DNA from: an uncultured Verrucomicrobiae bacterium
GTDB lineage: Bacteria > Verrucomicrobiota > Verrucomicrobiia > Chthoniobacterales > JAFAMB01
Assembly: GCA_963762565.1 (NCBI GenBank)
Contig: CAVXLD010000003.1
Coordinates: 672,001 to 736,000, forward strand
DNA length: 64,000 nucleotides
Reading direction: 5' to 3'
Shown here: positions 31,398 through 40,343 of the stretch, in pieces
Layout: every line of letters starts with the position of its first letter
Position numbering within the stretch: position 1 is the stretch's first letter
Translations under genes and position numbers: made by a program
The notes under the pieces: generated by a model
The model's database searches: none
What the model saw: only the letters and a program-made list of their open reading frames with translations
What the model was told of the DNA's origin: nothing

Positions 31398-31427
31398 TTG
31401 ACCCCGGGAACCGCTCTTTTTTATTCT
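31398..31427 (+). promoter_or_regulatory. Putative sigma70 promoter
   Basis: TTGACC-18 nt-TATTCT upstream of 31548. Confidence 0.35.
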
Positions 31428-31547
31428 CCCGGGGACAGTTTAAGTTTCAGATATGCGCGGAACGAGATTAGAAGGACTCGAGGTTGCTGAACGGAACACC
31501 GGTCGGCCGAGGATGGCGCCGAACCGGCACTCAACATCAGGAATTGA

Positions 31548-33017
31548 GTGGATGAATCTGTGCTCATCGACCAACGAAAACGACTTCGACCATCGGACAA
31601 TCACGTGGCCGTGAAATGGTGGAACCGGGGCCGCCGCCGAGCCATGGTTATCGGCCTGGACTGTGCCGAGCCAGAGCTAGTATTTGAGCGTTGGTTGGAT
31701 CGGCTCCCCAACATTCGTTCTGTCATTCAGCAAGGCGCATACGGGCCGCTGCGGTCATGCGACCCGCCGATCACCGTACCGGCATGGGCCGTCATGACGT
31801 CTTCCAAGAAGCCCGGTACGCTCGGCGTCTATGGCTTTCGTAATCGAGCCGACCATTCTTACGATAAGCACTTAATCGCTAACTCCACGGCTATCAAAGT
31901 CGATCGGGTTTGGGATATACTTTCGCGGCACGGCAAAAAAGTCATTCTGATAGGGATACCGCAGACCTTTCCGCCCATGGCGGTCAACGGAATACTGGTT
32001 GGAGATTTCTTAACGCCCGATATTAAGGCTGACTATACCTATCCGAGCGAATTCAAGCATGAAATTGCGAAGGTCGTTGGGGAATACTTATTGGATGTTC
32101 GAGAATTCAGGTCGGACAAAAAGGAAGCCATTCTGAAAGAGATCTTCGAAATGACGCGCAAGCGATTCGAGTTGGCGCGTTATCTTCTGGCGGAAAAGGA
32201 ATGGGACTTTTTCATGATGGTCGAGATTGGGGTAGACCGCATTCAACACGCTTTTTGGGCTTACATGGATAAGACCCATCGCAACTATTGTCCGGGTAAC
32301 CCTTACGAAAACGCTATTTTTGACTACTACCAATTTGTCGATGCTCAGATCGGCGAGTTATTAAAGCTGGCAGACAAAGATACTACCGTATTCATCGTTT
32401 CTGACCACGGAGCTCAAAAGATGGAGGGCTCGATTTGTATCAATGAGTGGTTAATTCGAGAGGGCTATCTTACGTTGCTGGAATCTCCGACGACGTTGAC
32501 TCCATTTGCCAAGTTGAAGATCGATTGGTCTAAAACAAGCGCTTGGGGTGATGGTGGCTACTATTCTCGGATCTTCTTAAACGTGCGTGGACGAGAGCCT
32601 CAAGGGATAGTTGACGCCGCCCAGTACGAGAGTCTGCGGACAGAACTAGCTGCGAAAATTGAGGCGATCCCAGATCCGAACGGAGCCTCGATTGGAACCA
32701 GAGTGTTGCGGCCTGAAGATCTTTACAAATTCCGAAATGGGGTTGCGCCGGACCTAATGGCCTATTTCGGCAATCTAGCTTGGCGATCAGCCGGTACGGT
32801 TGGTCGGAGCTCGATCTATACTTTTGAGAACGACACCGGTCCCGATGATGCCAATCACGGACAGTACGGAATCTTTATCGTCAGGCCGACCGCGTCGATG
32901 GCAGGCCATAAGCTGTCGGGTTTGGAAATCCAAGATGTTGCGCCTACGGTTCTGAGGACCTTGGATGTTCCGATTCCCGACGACATGGAAGGTAAGGTTA
33001 TTCAAGAGGTGTGTTAG
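31548..33017 (+). CDS. Alkaline phosphatase superfamily, type I phosphodiesterase/NPP-like enzyme (second)
   Basis: VIGLDCA, PPITVPAW, IVSDHG, NDTGPDDANH, DVAPTVL, DMEGK. Confidence 0.85.
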   Translation: MDESVLIDQRKRLRPSDNHVAVKWWNRGRRRAMVIGLDCAEPELVFERWLDRLPNIRSVIQQGAYGPLRSCDPPITVPAWAVMTSSKKPGTLGVYGFRNRADHSYDKHLIANSTAIKVDRVWDILSRHGKKVILIGIPQTFPPMAVNGILVGDFLTPDIKADYTYPSEFKHEIAKVVGEYLLDVREFRSDKKEAILKEIFEMTRKRFELARYLLAEKEWDFFMMVEIGVDRIQHAFWAYMDKTHRNYCPGNPYENAIFDYYQFVDAQIGELLKLADKDTTVFIVSDHGAQKMEGSICINEWLIREGYLTLLESPTTLTPFAKLKIDWSKTSAWGDGGYYSRIFLNVRGREPQGIVDAAQYESLRTELAAKIEAIPDPNGASIGTRVLRPEDLYKFRNGVAPDLMAYFGNLAWRSAGTVGRSSIYTFENDTGPDDANHGQYGIFIVRPTASMAGHKLSGLEIQDVAPTVLRTLDVPIPDDMEGKVIQEVC

Positions 33018-33077
33018 GTTTGTGTAAGGCCCAATTCCGCACTGGAGGAATTGAGACTCTCTCGTTATAATCTGCGG

Positions 33078-33632
33078 ATGCGTTGCTGGTTTACCACCAT
33101 GGTCGCACTTTTCGTAGCTAGCGCGGTGCAGGCGGCGCTGTTGTTCCAGGATCGTCATGCCAGCGTAAATGGGCAAGAGACGGTCTATCGTTTCGAGGCG
33201 AACCCTGTGTCCACTACTGCTAGCATCGACCAATCGAAGGCGGTTAAAGTCGCAAAACTCTGGGCAGATGAATATTACGGGATTGGAGGCCTTGTCGTTG
33301 CTAACGCGCAAGAGCGAGCAATGCCGATGCGCTACTGGTTGATCGCTTTCAGGGCGCCCGGACAACCGAGGGACAGTACCTACTACTCTATTGTGTTGCC
33401 GGACGGTTCGGTGGTTGAGCCAAAGGTTTCACGACAAGGACTCACGGCGAGCCGTGGTCCGGTGGATGTCGCCAAAGCTAGCGACTTGATTGAGCCGCCG
33501 CCCAAGGGGGTCGAGATCCACGGCGAGATGATTTTTACCTATAGCTGGGGAAGAGGGTTAAGATGCAATGGCCCCTATGCCCCCGACCCGCTCTGGGACG
33601 CTCCATCTGTGGTTGCCCGGCCAGCGCCGTAG
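33078..33632 (+). CDS. Secreted hypothetical protein
   Basis: Signal peptide ending in VQA; no family recognised. Confidence 0.6.
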   Translation: MRCWFTTMVALFVASAVQAALLFQDRHASVNGQETVYRFEANPVSTTASIDQSKAVKVAKLWADEYYGIGGLVVANAQERAMPMRYWLIAFRAPGQPRDSTYYSIVLPDGSVVEPKVSRQGLTASRGPVDVAKASDLIEPPPKGVEIHGEMIFTYSWGRGLRCNGPYAPDPLWDAPSVVARPAP

Positions 33633-33671
33633 CCTAGTGAGGCTTGGTTCTCGTCGTCGTCCTTCCGACGT

Positions 33672-33760
33672 CGCCAACGTCCCGGGTGTGGAGCGCGCCT
33701 CGCTTGCGAGGTCGACTTCCAGCGGTTAGCAACATAGACCATGGGCTTCGTCGGACAGGA
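33672..33760 (+). repeat. Dispersed repeat (single-arm variant of family B)
   Basis: Near-identical, same orientation, to 61968-62055 (GTGGAGCGCGCCTCGCTTGCGAGG...CATGGGCTTCGTCGGACAGG). Confidence 0.85.
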
Positions 33761-33941
33761 CTTCGGCGAGCTCAGTCGAGTCGCTGTCCTCGAATCCGGG
33801 CACGCGGACTGGTGGAACACTGGAGTGCCGGAGTATTGCGCTTGTTCCGGATCGCGGACACGGGGCTGGGGATGCTTTAGGCTGCACCATCGTTCGGGAC
33901 TGGAAAGTTGCCTGCCGAGCGTTTTAAAAACGGCGCCCCTA

Positions 33942-34334
33942 TTAGTCCGCTCTCTCTCCGACCTCGCGGCCCAGGGGTATATTTCGATTCAAGAAGTAGA
34001 CCCACGCCCAGAGTCGCGGCCTTACGAGAGGAACTTGGCGGCGAATAAAGAGGGACGCTCGTGGATTCGCCGGATCGAATCCTTCGTAGAAGTCCAGTGT
34101 GCGGATCACATCCGGATCGATAACCCGAAATATCTCGATCGCAGTCATTCCCGGACCCTCGACTAACCCGGGAAAGGCCCTCTGCCAGAAGAGCCGGCCT
34201 CTGATCAAACCGCAACCGAAGAATTGAATCCGTGAGGCCGCCCCGGGGAGTTTCTGAAACAGAGATCGACGCCGGAGCGTGCCATAGACGGCCAGGAAAT
34301 TGTAGTAATCAGTAGTCAGTGGGTCAGTATCCAG
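33942..34334 (-). CDS. Gamma-glutamylcyclotransferase-family protein (no canonical start codon)
   Basis: The frame extends upstream of the listed TTG to FLAVYGTLRR; also LDFYEG and AWVY. Only CTG-type starts precede the motif. Confidence 0.72.
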   Translation of the reverse strand: MDTDPLTTDYYNFLAVYGTLRRRSLFQKLPGAASRIQFFGCGLIRGRLFWQRAFPGLVEGPGMTAIEIFRVIDPDVIRTLDFYEGFDPANPRASLFIRRQVPLVRPRLWAWVYFLNRNIPLGREVGERAD

Positions 34335-34392
34335 TTTAGGAGCTAGGATCTAGGAGCTAGGATCTAGGAGCGGGCGCCAAAGGGGGCGCTAC

Positions 34393-34579
34393 CCGTGGAG
34401 CGCTGCCTCGCTTGCGAGGCCGTGGTGAGCAGGGATGAATCACGACACATACGTATCTCGGTCAGCGCTCTGTATCGCAAAGTTTGCCTCTTCACACAAA
34501 AAAGCGTGGGCCGACGATGGGCATGTCAAGTAATAAGCGTTGCTCACCACGGTCTCGCAAGCGAGGCAGCGCTCCACGG
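34393..34579. repeat. Palindromic element, family B
   Basis: CCGTGGAGCGCTGCCTCGCTTGCGAG...CTCGCAAGCGAGGCAGCGCTCCACGG; second copy at 47146-47347. Confidence 0.9.
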
Positions 34580-34624
34580 CGGCGCCGCCTCCTAGCTCCT
34601 AAACTGATTACTGGACAAGCCTCC

Positions 34625-34951
34625 TCAGAACAGCGGCGCCGCAACAATAGCCGGCCGGCCTGGTCTGTTGGTGGTAGTTGGCGCGTTCTGCGTCGCTGGC
34701 ACGTTCTGCGAGGGGCCAGCATTTGGTTGCTGATCTGCCGGAGAAACCGTTTGGGCCGGATCGTGGGCCGGATTGTCGTTCGGTGCTTCCTTGGCGTCTT
34801 TCGGATGAGCCGGGTGATGATGAACGGCATGAGATTGCGGTTGTGGCCGCACAAAAAAATTCTTGAGTGCATCGAACGGACCGGCACTCGCCGGTTGCGC
34901 CAGAATACTTGCCGATAACAGCAGGACGGTGGTTAACTGAGCCACTTTCAT
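34625..34951 (-). CDS. Small secreted low-complexity protein
   Basis: Signal peptide ending in ASA; Pro/Gln/His-rich tail. Confidence 0.55.
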   Translation of the reverse strand: MKVAQLTTVLLLSASILAQPASAGPFDALKNFFVRPQPQSHAVHHHPAHPKDAKEAPNDNPAHDPAQTVSPADQQPNAGPSQNVPATQNAPTTTNRPGRPAIVAAPLF

Positions 34952-35022
34952 ATTTCAGGATCTTTCTTTTAAGGACACAGAAGCCAGGAAGATAAAAGCC
35001 TAACCGCAGATGTACGCAGATT

Positions 35023-35163
35023 AAGAATCGAACCGCGGCTTCGCCGAACAAGCCGCGAAGGATGCGAACAAGTCGGGCCCAATTTGCAATGATCAGTGTT
35101 CATTCCCGATACGGGTTTTAGCGAGCTGACCTTATCTGCGTCAATCTGCGTTCATCTGCGGTT
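35023..35163. repeat. Palindromic element, family E (CGCAGAT units)
   Basis: ACCGCAGATGTACGCAGAT ... ATCTGCGTCAATCTGCGTTCATCTGCGGTT; related copy near 46053-46212. Confidence 0.8.
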
Positions 35164-35199
35164 GGTTTTCTCCGCTTCGTGTCTTTGCGTTAAGTCTGT

Positions 35200-36192
35200 T
35201 TAGCCGGACGGCACCACCACGACCTCGCCGGCTTCATTGGCTTCAAGAGCAACCTCGTGTGCTCCTTGATCTTTCGCCTGCAACAATTGGTTAGCCAGCA
35301 TCTCATCGAGGATTCGTTCCAACTCACGAATACCGAATCGGCTGACCTTCTCGTTAGCGGCTAACGCCTGGAGCAATAGCTCGGGAGCCACGAAATGTAC
35401 TTTTAGCCGGTATTGTTCAGCTAACTTGGCGATCTTGAGCAGAGCGATCTCGGCGATGACCATACCGCTCAAAGGCTGGAAGACGTATACCCGGTCAATT
35501 CGTCCCACGATCTCCGGGCGGAACACTTTTGATTCAGCCAGATAGGTTTTAATCGAGTTTACCATTTCATGGTAATCCGTCACTTCCCGTTGGATCTGCC
35601 CAATCTGCTCTGCATTAGCATTACTCGTTAAAACGATAATGGTTTGCGAAAAATCGACTGCTTTTCCGCTCCCTTGTTCGGTGAGACGTGCTTCACCCAT
35701 GAGTTGCAGGAACAGATCAAACACCGGTGGGTAGGCTTTTTCGATCTCATCAAAAAGGATCAAGCGTCTTGGGCTGGCCATGACCGGACGGGTGAGCTGT
35801 CCGCCTTGTTCGGAAGAGATGTAGCCGGCGGGGACACCAATTAGCCGGTCTTTAGAGTGGGAGCCATTCAACTCGGAGCAATCGAAACGGAGCATGGCCT
35901 TTTCCTCTTTGAAAAGGAAAGTGGCGATCGCTTTTGCTAACTCGGTCTTGCCGGTGCCGGTCGGGCCCAGGAACAGCAGATTCGCAATTGGACGAGTCTT
36001 TTGTTGTTTGGCCGCCTGTAGCCGAATCAACCTGGCCACATCTTTTATAATGACATCCTGACCTTTAACCCGCGCCTGGAGATGCTCCAATAGCGCCGGC
36101 TCGTCGATCCTCATGGTCTTGCCGTCATCATCCTGATTTTCGAGCAACCGCTTGAGCTGCTCCCAATCTGTCATGCCACGGATGTCAGCCAT
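35200..36192 (-). CDS. Stand-alone ClpA/ClpB D2-type AAA+ ATPase (soluble)
   Basis: RVKGQD, GPTGTGKTELAK, RLIGVPAGYIS, LFDEIEKA, VDFSQTIIVLTSN, FRPEIVGRID, GIRELER. No N-domain or D1. Confidence 0.9.
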   Translation of the reverse strand: MADIRGMTDWEQLKRLLENQDDDGKTMRIDEPALLEHLQARVKGQDVIIKDVARLIRLQAAKQQKTRPIANLLFLGPTGTGKTELAKAIATFLFKEEKAMLRFDCSELNGSHSKDRLIGVPAGYISSEQGGQLTRPVMASPRRLILFDEIEKAYPPVFDLFLQLMGEARLTEQGSGKAVDFSQTIIVLTSNANAEQIGQIQREVTDYHEMVNSIKTYLAESKVFRPEIVGRIDRVYVFQPLSGMVIAEIALLKIAKLAEQYRLKVHFVAPELLLQALAANEKVSRFGIRELERILDEMLANQLLQAKDQGAHEVALEANEAGEVVVVPSG

Positions 36193-36254
36193 TGTTAGTA
36201 CTTCTATTTCACCACAAAGGCGCGGAGAACACAAAGATTAACCTTGAAAGCCTT

Positions 36255-38105
36255 TTATTCGGCGCGCTCATTTGAGGTCACCGCTTGTTTGTCGGAAATC
36301 CGAACTGTGGAAAAACCGTCCTTGTTGCTCTGGGTCGGTTGATCGCTGAAGGTGGTGTTGGTGAGGCTGACATAACCGCGGTTGAGCGCCGAAACTCCGT
36401 AGGTCCGGTTAGATCCGATCGTGGAGTTTTCCAGGGTGATCATGGAGCTTTCAGTGGCCTGAGCACCGATATCGTTCTGTTCCAACGTGCAACTGGTGAG
36501 TGCGATTTTTGCCTCATTCCTGGCTACGACTCCCGTACCCTGGAAGCTCAGGAACTGACATTGCTGGCCGTGCACCTGTGAATTCGAACCCACGGTTTCT
36601 AACCCGTTTCCTTTTCCGCCTTTGACATCGCAGCCGGCCATTTCGAGCATCGATCCGGTATCGACATAGATCGAGCTATCCCAGGCGTCGCCATTGATAT
36701 GGCAATTGAATAGCTTCAGATAGCTGGCCCGGGTTAGCCGCGCCGCCTGTCCGGCTTGGCCGGACAAGGTGACATTCTCTAGTTGAGCAGATCCGCCCTT
36801 TGCCACGTTGGCTGCACTTACACCCAAATCGACGCCGTATTGGCCCCCCTGAATGGTGATATCCTTCAAACTAGCCTGCGCCTGATCAGCGACTAAGACG
36901 CCGGCGAATTGCACATCAGTGAAGGTCGTATTTGTCACGGTAGCAACCGAACCCTGACCGATAACCAGGAGATTCGCGAAATTTGCCGCTGAATCGCCAC
37001 CTTTCGGAATTTGGCCGCAGCCTTGGAATTTGCAGCCGTCCATCGTAAGCTGACCTCCGTTCCAAACCAGCACCGCTCTTGGATTGGAAACGAACTCGCA
37101 GCCGGTTAAGGTGAGCTTTCCAGGAGTATTCTGCTCAGAAGTACTTGCTGCCACCGTATACTTCCAGTAGCCCTCGCGGCTCTTTTCAAAACGGCAGTTT
37201 GTTAACATCATTATCCCCTGGGCATCCGTGACTACGCCCGTGTTTTCCGTAAAGGTACAGCGATTGAACTCAGCAGATCCCGTACTGGTGAAATAGACCA
37301 GGGAGGCGTCTTTAGAGTCGCTAATATTATTATCGAATTTGGAGTCGTTTATGACCACGGAACCCTGTTCAGTACAATCGACGCACCTTAGGTTTTCTTC
37401 GAAAGTACAACCTTGGATAGTGGCCTTAGCGTATCCTTTGACGGTACAGGCAAACCCCTTGCCTACCGAGCGCAGGGAACTGTCCTGCAAGGTCAACTGA
37501 GCATTGTCTGACAGCGCAATGCAATTGCTTCCCCGGGAAACGAAATTGCAGTTTTTGATTTGCACAACTGATTGCGAAATGGCTGAGATGAGGACGGATC
37601 CGCCTTCTGATGTTTCGCCGAAATCGAGATTCTGAAGTGTCACCTGGCCGCCAGTGATCACACAGCCGGTGCCGGAATAGTGGATTGAAGCCCGGACGCC
37701 AGTCTTTTGATCGGTGTCGCCGGTGATAACGACTGACTTCGCTAGAGCTAGCGGGCCGTTATAACTGCCGGGTTTTACCTGAACGGTGTCACCGTCCTGT
37801 AGGCTGTTTACAATTTGGGCAAAATCCTTAGCGTCGGAATCTGCCGCTCCGGTAGAATCGAGCACCCACTGCCGTCCATGCTTCGGGTTACTGAGGACTT
37901 GCGATTGCGAGGTTACCTGGTTGTTGGTCGTCGTCTGGTTGTTATTGGTGGTCTGAGTGCTGCTCGTGGTCTGGGTGCTGGTACTCGAAACGAATTTACC
38001 CGTGAACATATCCACCACCGTGGTACACAGCGCGACTAACCCGACCAGCGAGCAAACGATGACCCACTGGTTTTTGATTAACAGTCGAAAATCAAGTCCT
38101 CTCAC
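36255..38105 (-). CDS. Membrane-anchored right-handed parallel beta-helix protein
   Basis: N-terminal TM, T/Q/N-rich linker, GDTVQVKPGSY, many xxCxF/I..N..G coil repeats; GTGA overlap with the upstream gene. Confidence 0.82.
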   Translation of the reverse strand: MRGLDFRLLIKNQWVIVCSLVGLVALCTTVVDMFTGKFVSSTSTQTTSSTQTTNNNQTTTNNQVTSQSQVLSNPKHGRQWVLDSTGAADSDAKDFAQIVNSLQDGDTVQVKPGSYNGPLALAKSVVITGDTDQKTGVRASIHYSGTGCVITGGQVTLQNLDFGETSEGGSVLISAISQSVVQIKNCNFVSRGSNCIALSDNAQLTLQDSSLRSVGKGFACTVKGYAKATIQGCTFEENLRCVDCTEQGSVVINDSKFDNNISDSKDASLVYFTSTGSAEFNRCTFTENTGVVTDAQGIMMLTNCRFEKSREGYWKYTVAASTSEQNTPGKLTLTGCEFVSNPRAVLVWNGGQLTMDGCKFQGCGQIPKGGDSAANFANLLVIGQGSVATVTNTTFTDVQFAGVLVADQAQASLKDITIQGGQYGVDLGVSAANVAKGGSAQLENVTLSGQAGQAARLTRASYLKLFNCHINGDAWDSSIYVDTGSMLEMAGCDVKGGKGNGLETVGSNSQVHGQQCQFLSFQGTGVVARNEAKIALTSCTLEQNDIGAQATESSMITLENSTIGSNRTYGVSALNRGYVSLTNTTFSDQPTQSNKDGFSTVRISDKQAVTSNERAE

Positions 38106-39301
38106 TGCATTGACACTCCCGATGCACCCAATTCTTCTTCCAGAACGGGTTGGATTAACAGCTCGTTATTCGGCCCGGCCTCTAGCCGAACCTTAGTAAA
38201 ACCCGAAGTTCGCGCCTGCACGATGGCGGAATTGGTCGTTTGCTTAAGATAATTCTCAAGCTGGCGGACGCCGTACTGTTTGAACTCGACATTCTTGGCG
38301 ACGGTATCGAGCAGGATTTCGGGAGAAGTATAGGTCAACTCGATCCCATAGTCGCGCCAGTACCGAGCCAACTGGAGGCAAGCGACTTCGGCGACATGGT
38401 ACGCAGAGAGCTCGTCCATGAGAATGATATGAGCCCAACGGGCAAGAAAAGCGCGATCGAATCCCGCATTGTCGACTAGCGCATCGCGGCTCTGTCCAAG
38501 CCATAGAGCTTGATCTTTGGTTGGGTTGATTTCTTGGCGCAATTTTCTCAGTGCCTCTACGCCGGCGTTGCTGGTCCCAAAGAAGACGCACTGGCTGAAA
38601 TCGACTTCTTTTCCGCTGCTTTTCTCGCGGCAAGTGCCGGCGTCCAATATGTCGAACAAGCAATGATGCAAATCGGGGTGAGCCTTCTCTAGCTCATCCA
38701 AAATGACCACCCGTTTCGGATTAATCAGCACCGGTCTGGTGAGAGAGCCTCCCACCTCATATCCAGGCATACCCGGGGGCGGCCCGAGCAGCGTCTGAAC
38801 ATCGTTAGGCGTCTTGTATTGATTCATCCGCAGGATTACCGGATCGCTGTCGGGGTACAAAGCTTGGGCCAGCAACTGTGGCAGGAAGGTTTTTCCCGTA
38901 CCAGTTGGACCGACTAACAAGAAGGATCCTAAGAGTTGTCCTGGCTGAGCAATGGCAACCTGACTGCGTAAACTTGAGCTCACGATCTCGATCGCCTCGT
39001 CCTGTCCGCGAACATTGGTCTTTAGCCACTGTTCGGTTTGGGCAAAATCGATGTTGCCCAGCCTGGAGAAGTTCTCTTCTCGCGCTCGAGACGGAGTAGG
39101 AACCCCAGCGCCCATCTGCCGAATTGCGACGTAGACCAGGCCGCCAATTGCCAGGAGAAGAAGAACTGGGGAGAACCAGGCGCTGACTTGGTTCAAAGCA
39201 ATGACGGCGCCTGACAGCGTAACAATCAAGCCGGCCAGCATAGCGGGCGCTAGAGGCTGTTCCGAGCTGCGCTCGAACCAGGAATGCGTCGGGGAACTCA
39301 T
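38102..39301 (-). CDS. Stand-alone ClpA/ClpB D2-type AAA+ ATPase with two N-terminal TM helices
   Basis: Two hydrophobic helices, then VRGQDEAI, GPTGTGKT, LLGPPPGMPGYEVGG, ILDELEKAHPD, VDFSQCVFFGTSNAG, YGVRQL. Confidence 0.88.
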   Translation of the reverse strand: MSSPTHSWFERSSEQPLAPAMLAGLIVTLSGAVIALNQVSAWFSPVLLLLAIGGLVYVAIRQMGAGVPTPSRAREENFSRLGNIDFAQTEQWLKTNVRGQDEAIEIVSSSLRSQVAIAQPGQLLGSFLLVGPTGTGKTFLPQLLAQALYPDSDPVILRMNQYKTPNDVQTLLGPPPGMPGYEVGGSLTRPVLINPKRVVILDELEKAHPDLHHCLFDILDAGTCREKSSGKEVDFSQCVFFGTSNAGVEALRKLRQEINPTKDQALWLGQSRDALVDNAGFDRAFLARWAHIILMDELSAYHVAEVACLQLARYWRDYGIELTYTSPEILLDTVAKNVEFKQYGVRQLENYLKQTTNSAIVQARTSGFTKVRLEAGPNNELLIQPVLEEELGASGVSMQ

Positions 39302-39321
39302 TTGATTTAGCCCTAAGGCGC

Positions 39322-40086
39322 TTACCGGCGTTGCATCTCTAAATTAGCCTGACCGCCGGTAGCGAGGGGAGGGGTGTGAAGAACAATGCCCTCATTCGAT
39401 GGAACGAAGCAAGTCACCGTTCCTTGAGGACCGGCAGAATCGACCACGAAGTGGAAATTAGTGACCGATTTCCGGCTGACTGGGACAATAGTAGTTTTTG
39501 GATGTTCCTCGGTTAAGACGTCCGTAAGCGCTAGCTGCCCATCGATGCTCACATAAACGTGGACCATGATTCCGCTTGCCTTGGCCGGGTCGAACAACTG
39601 TTTCCGGGTTAGGTCCATCTCCCCGTTCTTGATCTTCTCCAGCGCCTGTTGGCTTGTGTTCCTGAGATAGGAAGGAACTTCGCCGCGTTGCAGTGAATCC
39701 CGAGCCTGTTGGGTCAGTTGTTGATCAATGTCGCCGTCCGACAACATCAGGACCTGAGAAGTGGATGTGGCTCCGGCGTGCTGCCACGCGTAGTAGCCGC
39801 CTCCGGCGATGCCTGCGGCGGCCATCAGCACCAACAAATAAATGAGCGCTGATTTTCGCCAGTCCTTTTTCACCGGGTGACCGTTTTGCGGCTGATCCGA
39901 CATACCAGAGGCCGCTGTTTGGGGGACATAGGCTCGTCCCGAGCGCGAACCGCGGCGATCGGATTGATCCTGGCCCACCTTTGGCCCTAAGCGTTTGATC
40001 GCTCGCTGATCGCCCTGGGTCGTATCATATCCAGGTACGGTCGTCTTTCGTATCGCGGGATCGGATCTCTCTGGCACCGGTTCCAT
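39322..40086 (-). CDS. Bitopic membrane hypothetical protein
   Basis: Disordered N-terminus, TM LIYLLVLMAAAGIAGGGYYAW, beta-rich C-terminal domain; 20 nt from the next gene. Confidence 0.7.
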   Translation of the reverse strand: MEPVPERSDPAIRKTTVPGYDTTQGDQRAIKRLGPKVGQDQSDRRGSRSGRAYVPQTAASGMSDQPQNGHPVKKDWRKSALIYLLVLMAAAGIAGGGYYAWQHAGATSTSQVLMLSDGDIDQQLTQQARDSLQRGEVPSYLRNTSQQALEKIKNGEMDLTRKQLFDPAKASGIMVHVYVSIDGQLALTDVLTEEHPKTTIVPVSRKSVTNFHFVVDSAGPQGTVTCFVPSNEGIVLHTPPLATGGQANLEMQRR

Positions 40087-40343
40087 AAGAAGTATTGGTA
40101 TCTTGACGTCGGCCTCCCCGAATTACTCCATACCCTAGAGAGTAAAAATCGGCCCCGAGTGTACCAAGAATTCGACAAATGTCGATGCGTTAGGCGCTTT
40201 CATGGAATCTGCGCTCTATTTTCCGCACCTCTGGGTGATGTGGGTTGGGGGAATGATCGTTTGGGCGGGCTTCGTCTCGCAGGGACTCGAGGACCATCCC
40301 AAAGAGACTGGACTCAGCCCGAGGTCAAGAGACGTGTGTCTCT

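Noticed and set aside
33644..34166. + strand ORFs resembling 61982..62263
   Set aside because: Derived from the repeat and antisense to the GGCT gene.
35200..39301. Calling the ATPases ClpB, ClpV or a split clpB pseudogene
   Set aside because: Both are D2-type rather than D1 plus D2, both have clean ORFs with their own N-termini, and no T6SS genes are present.
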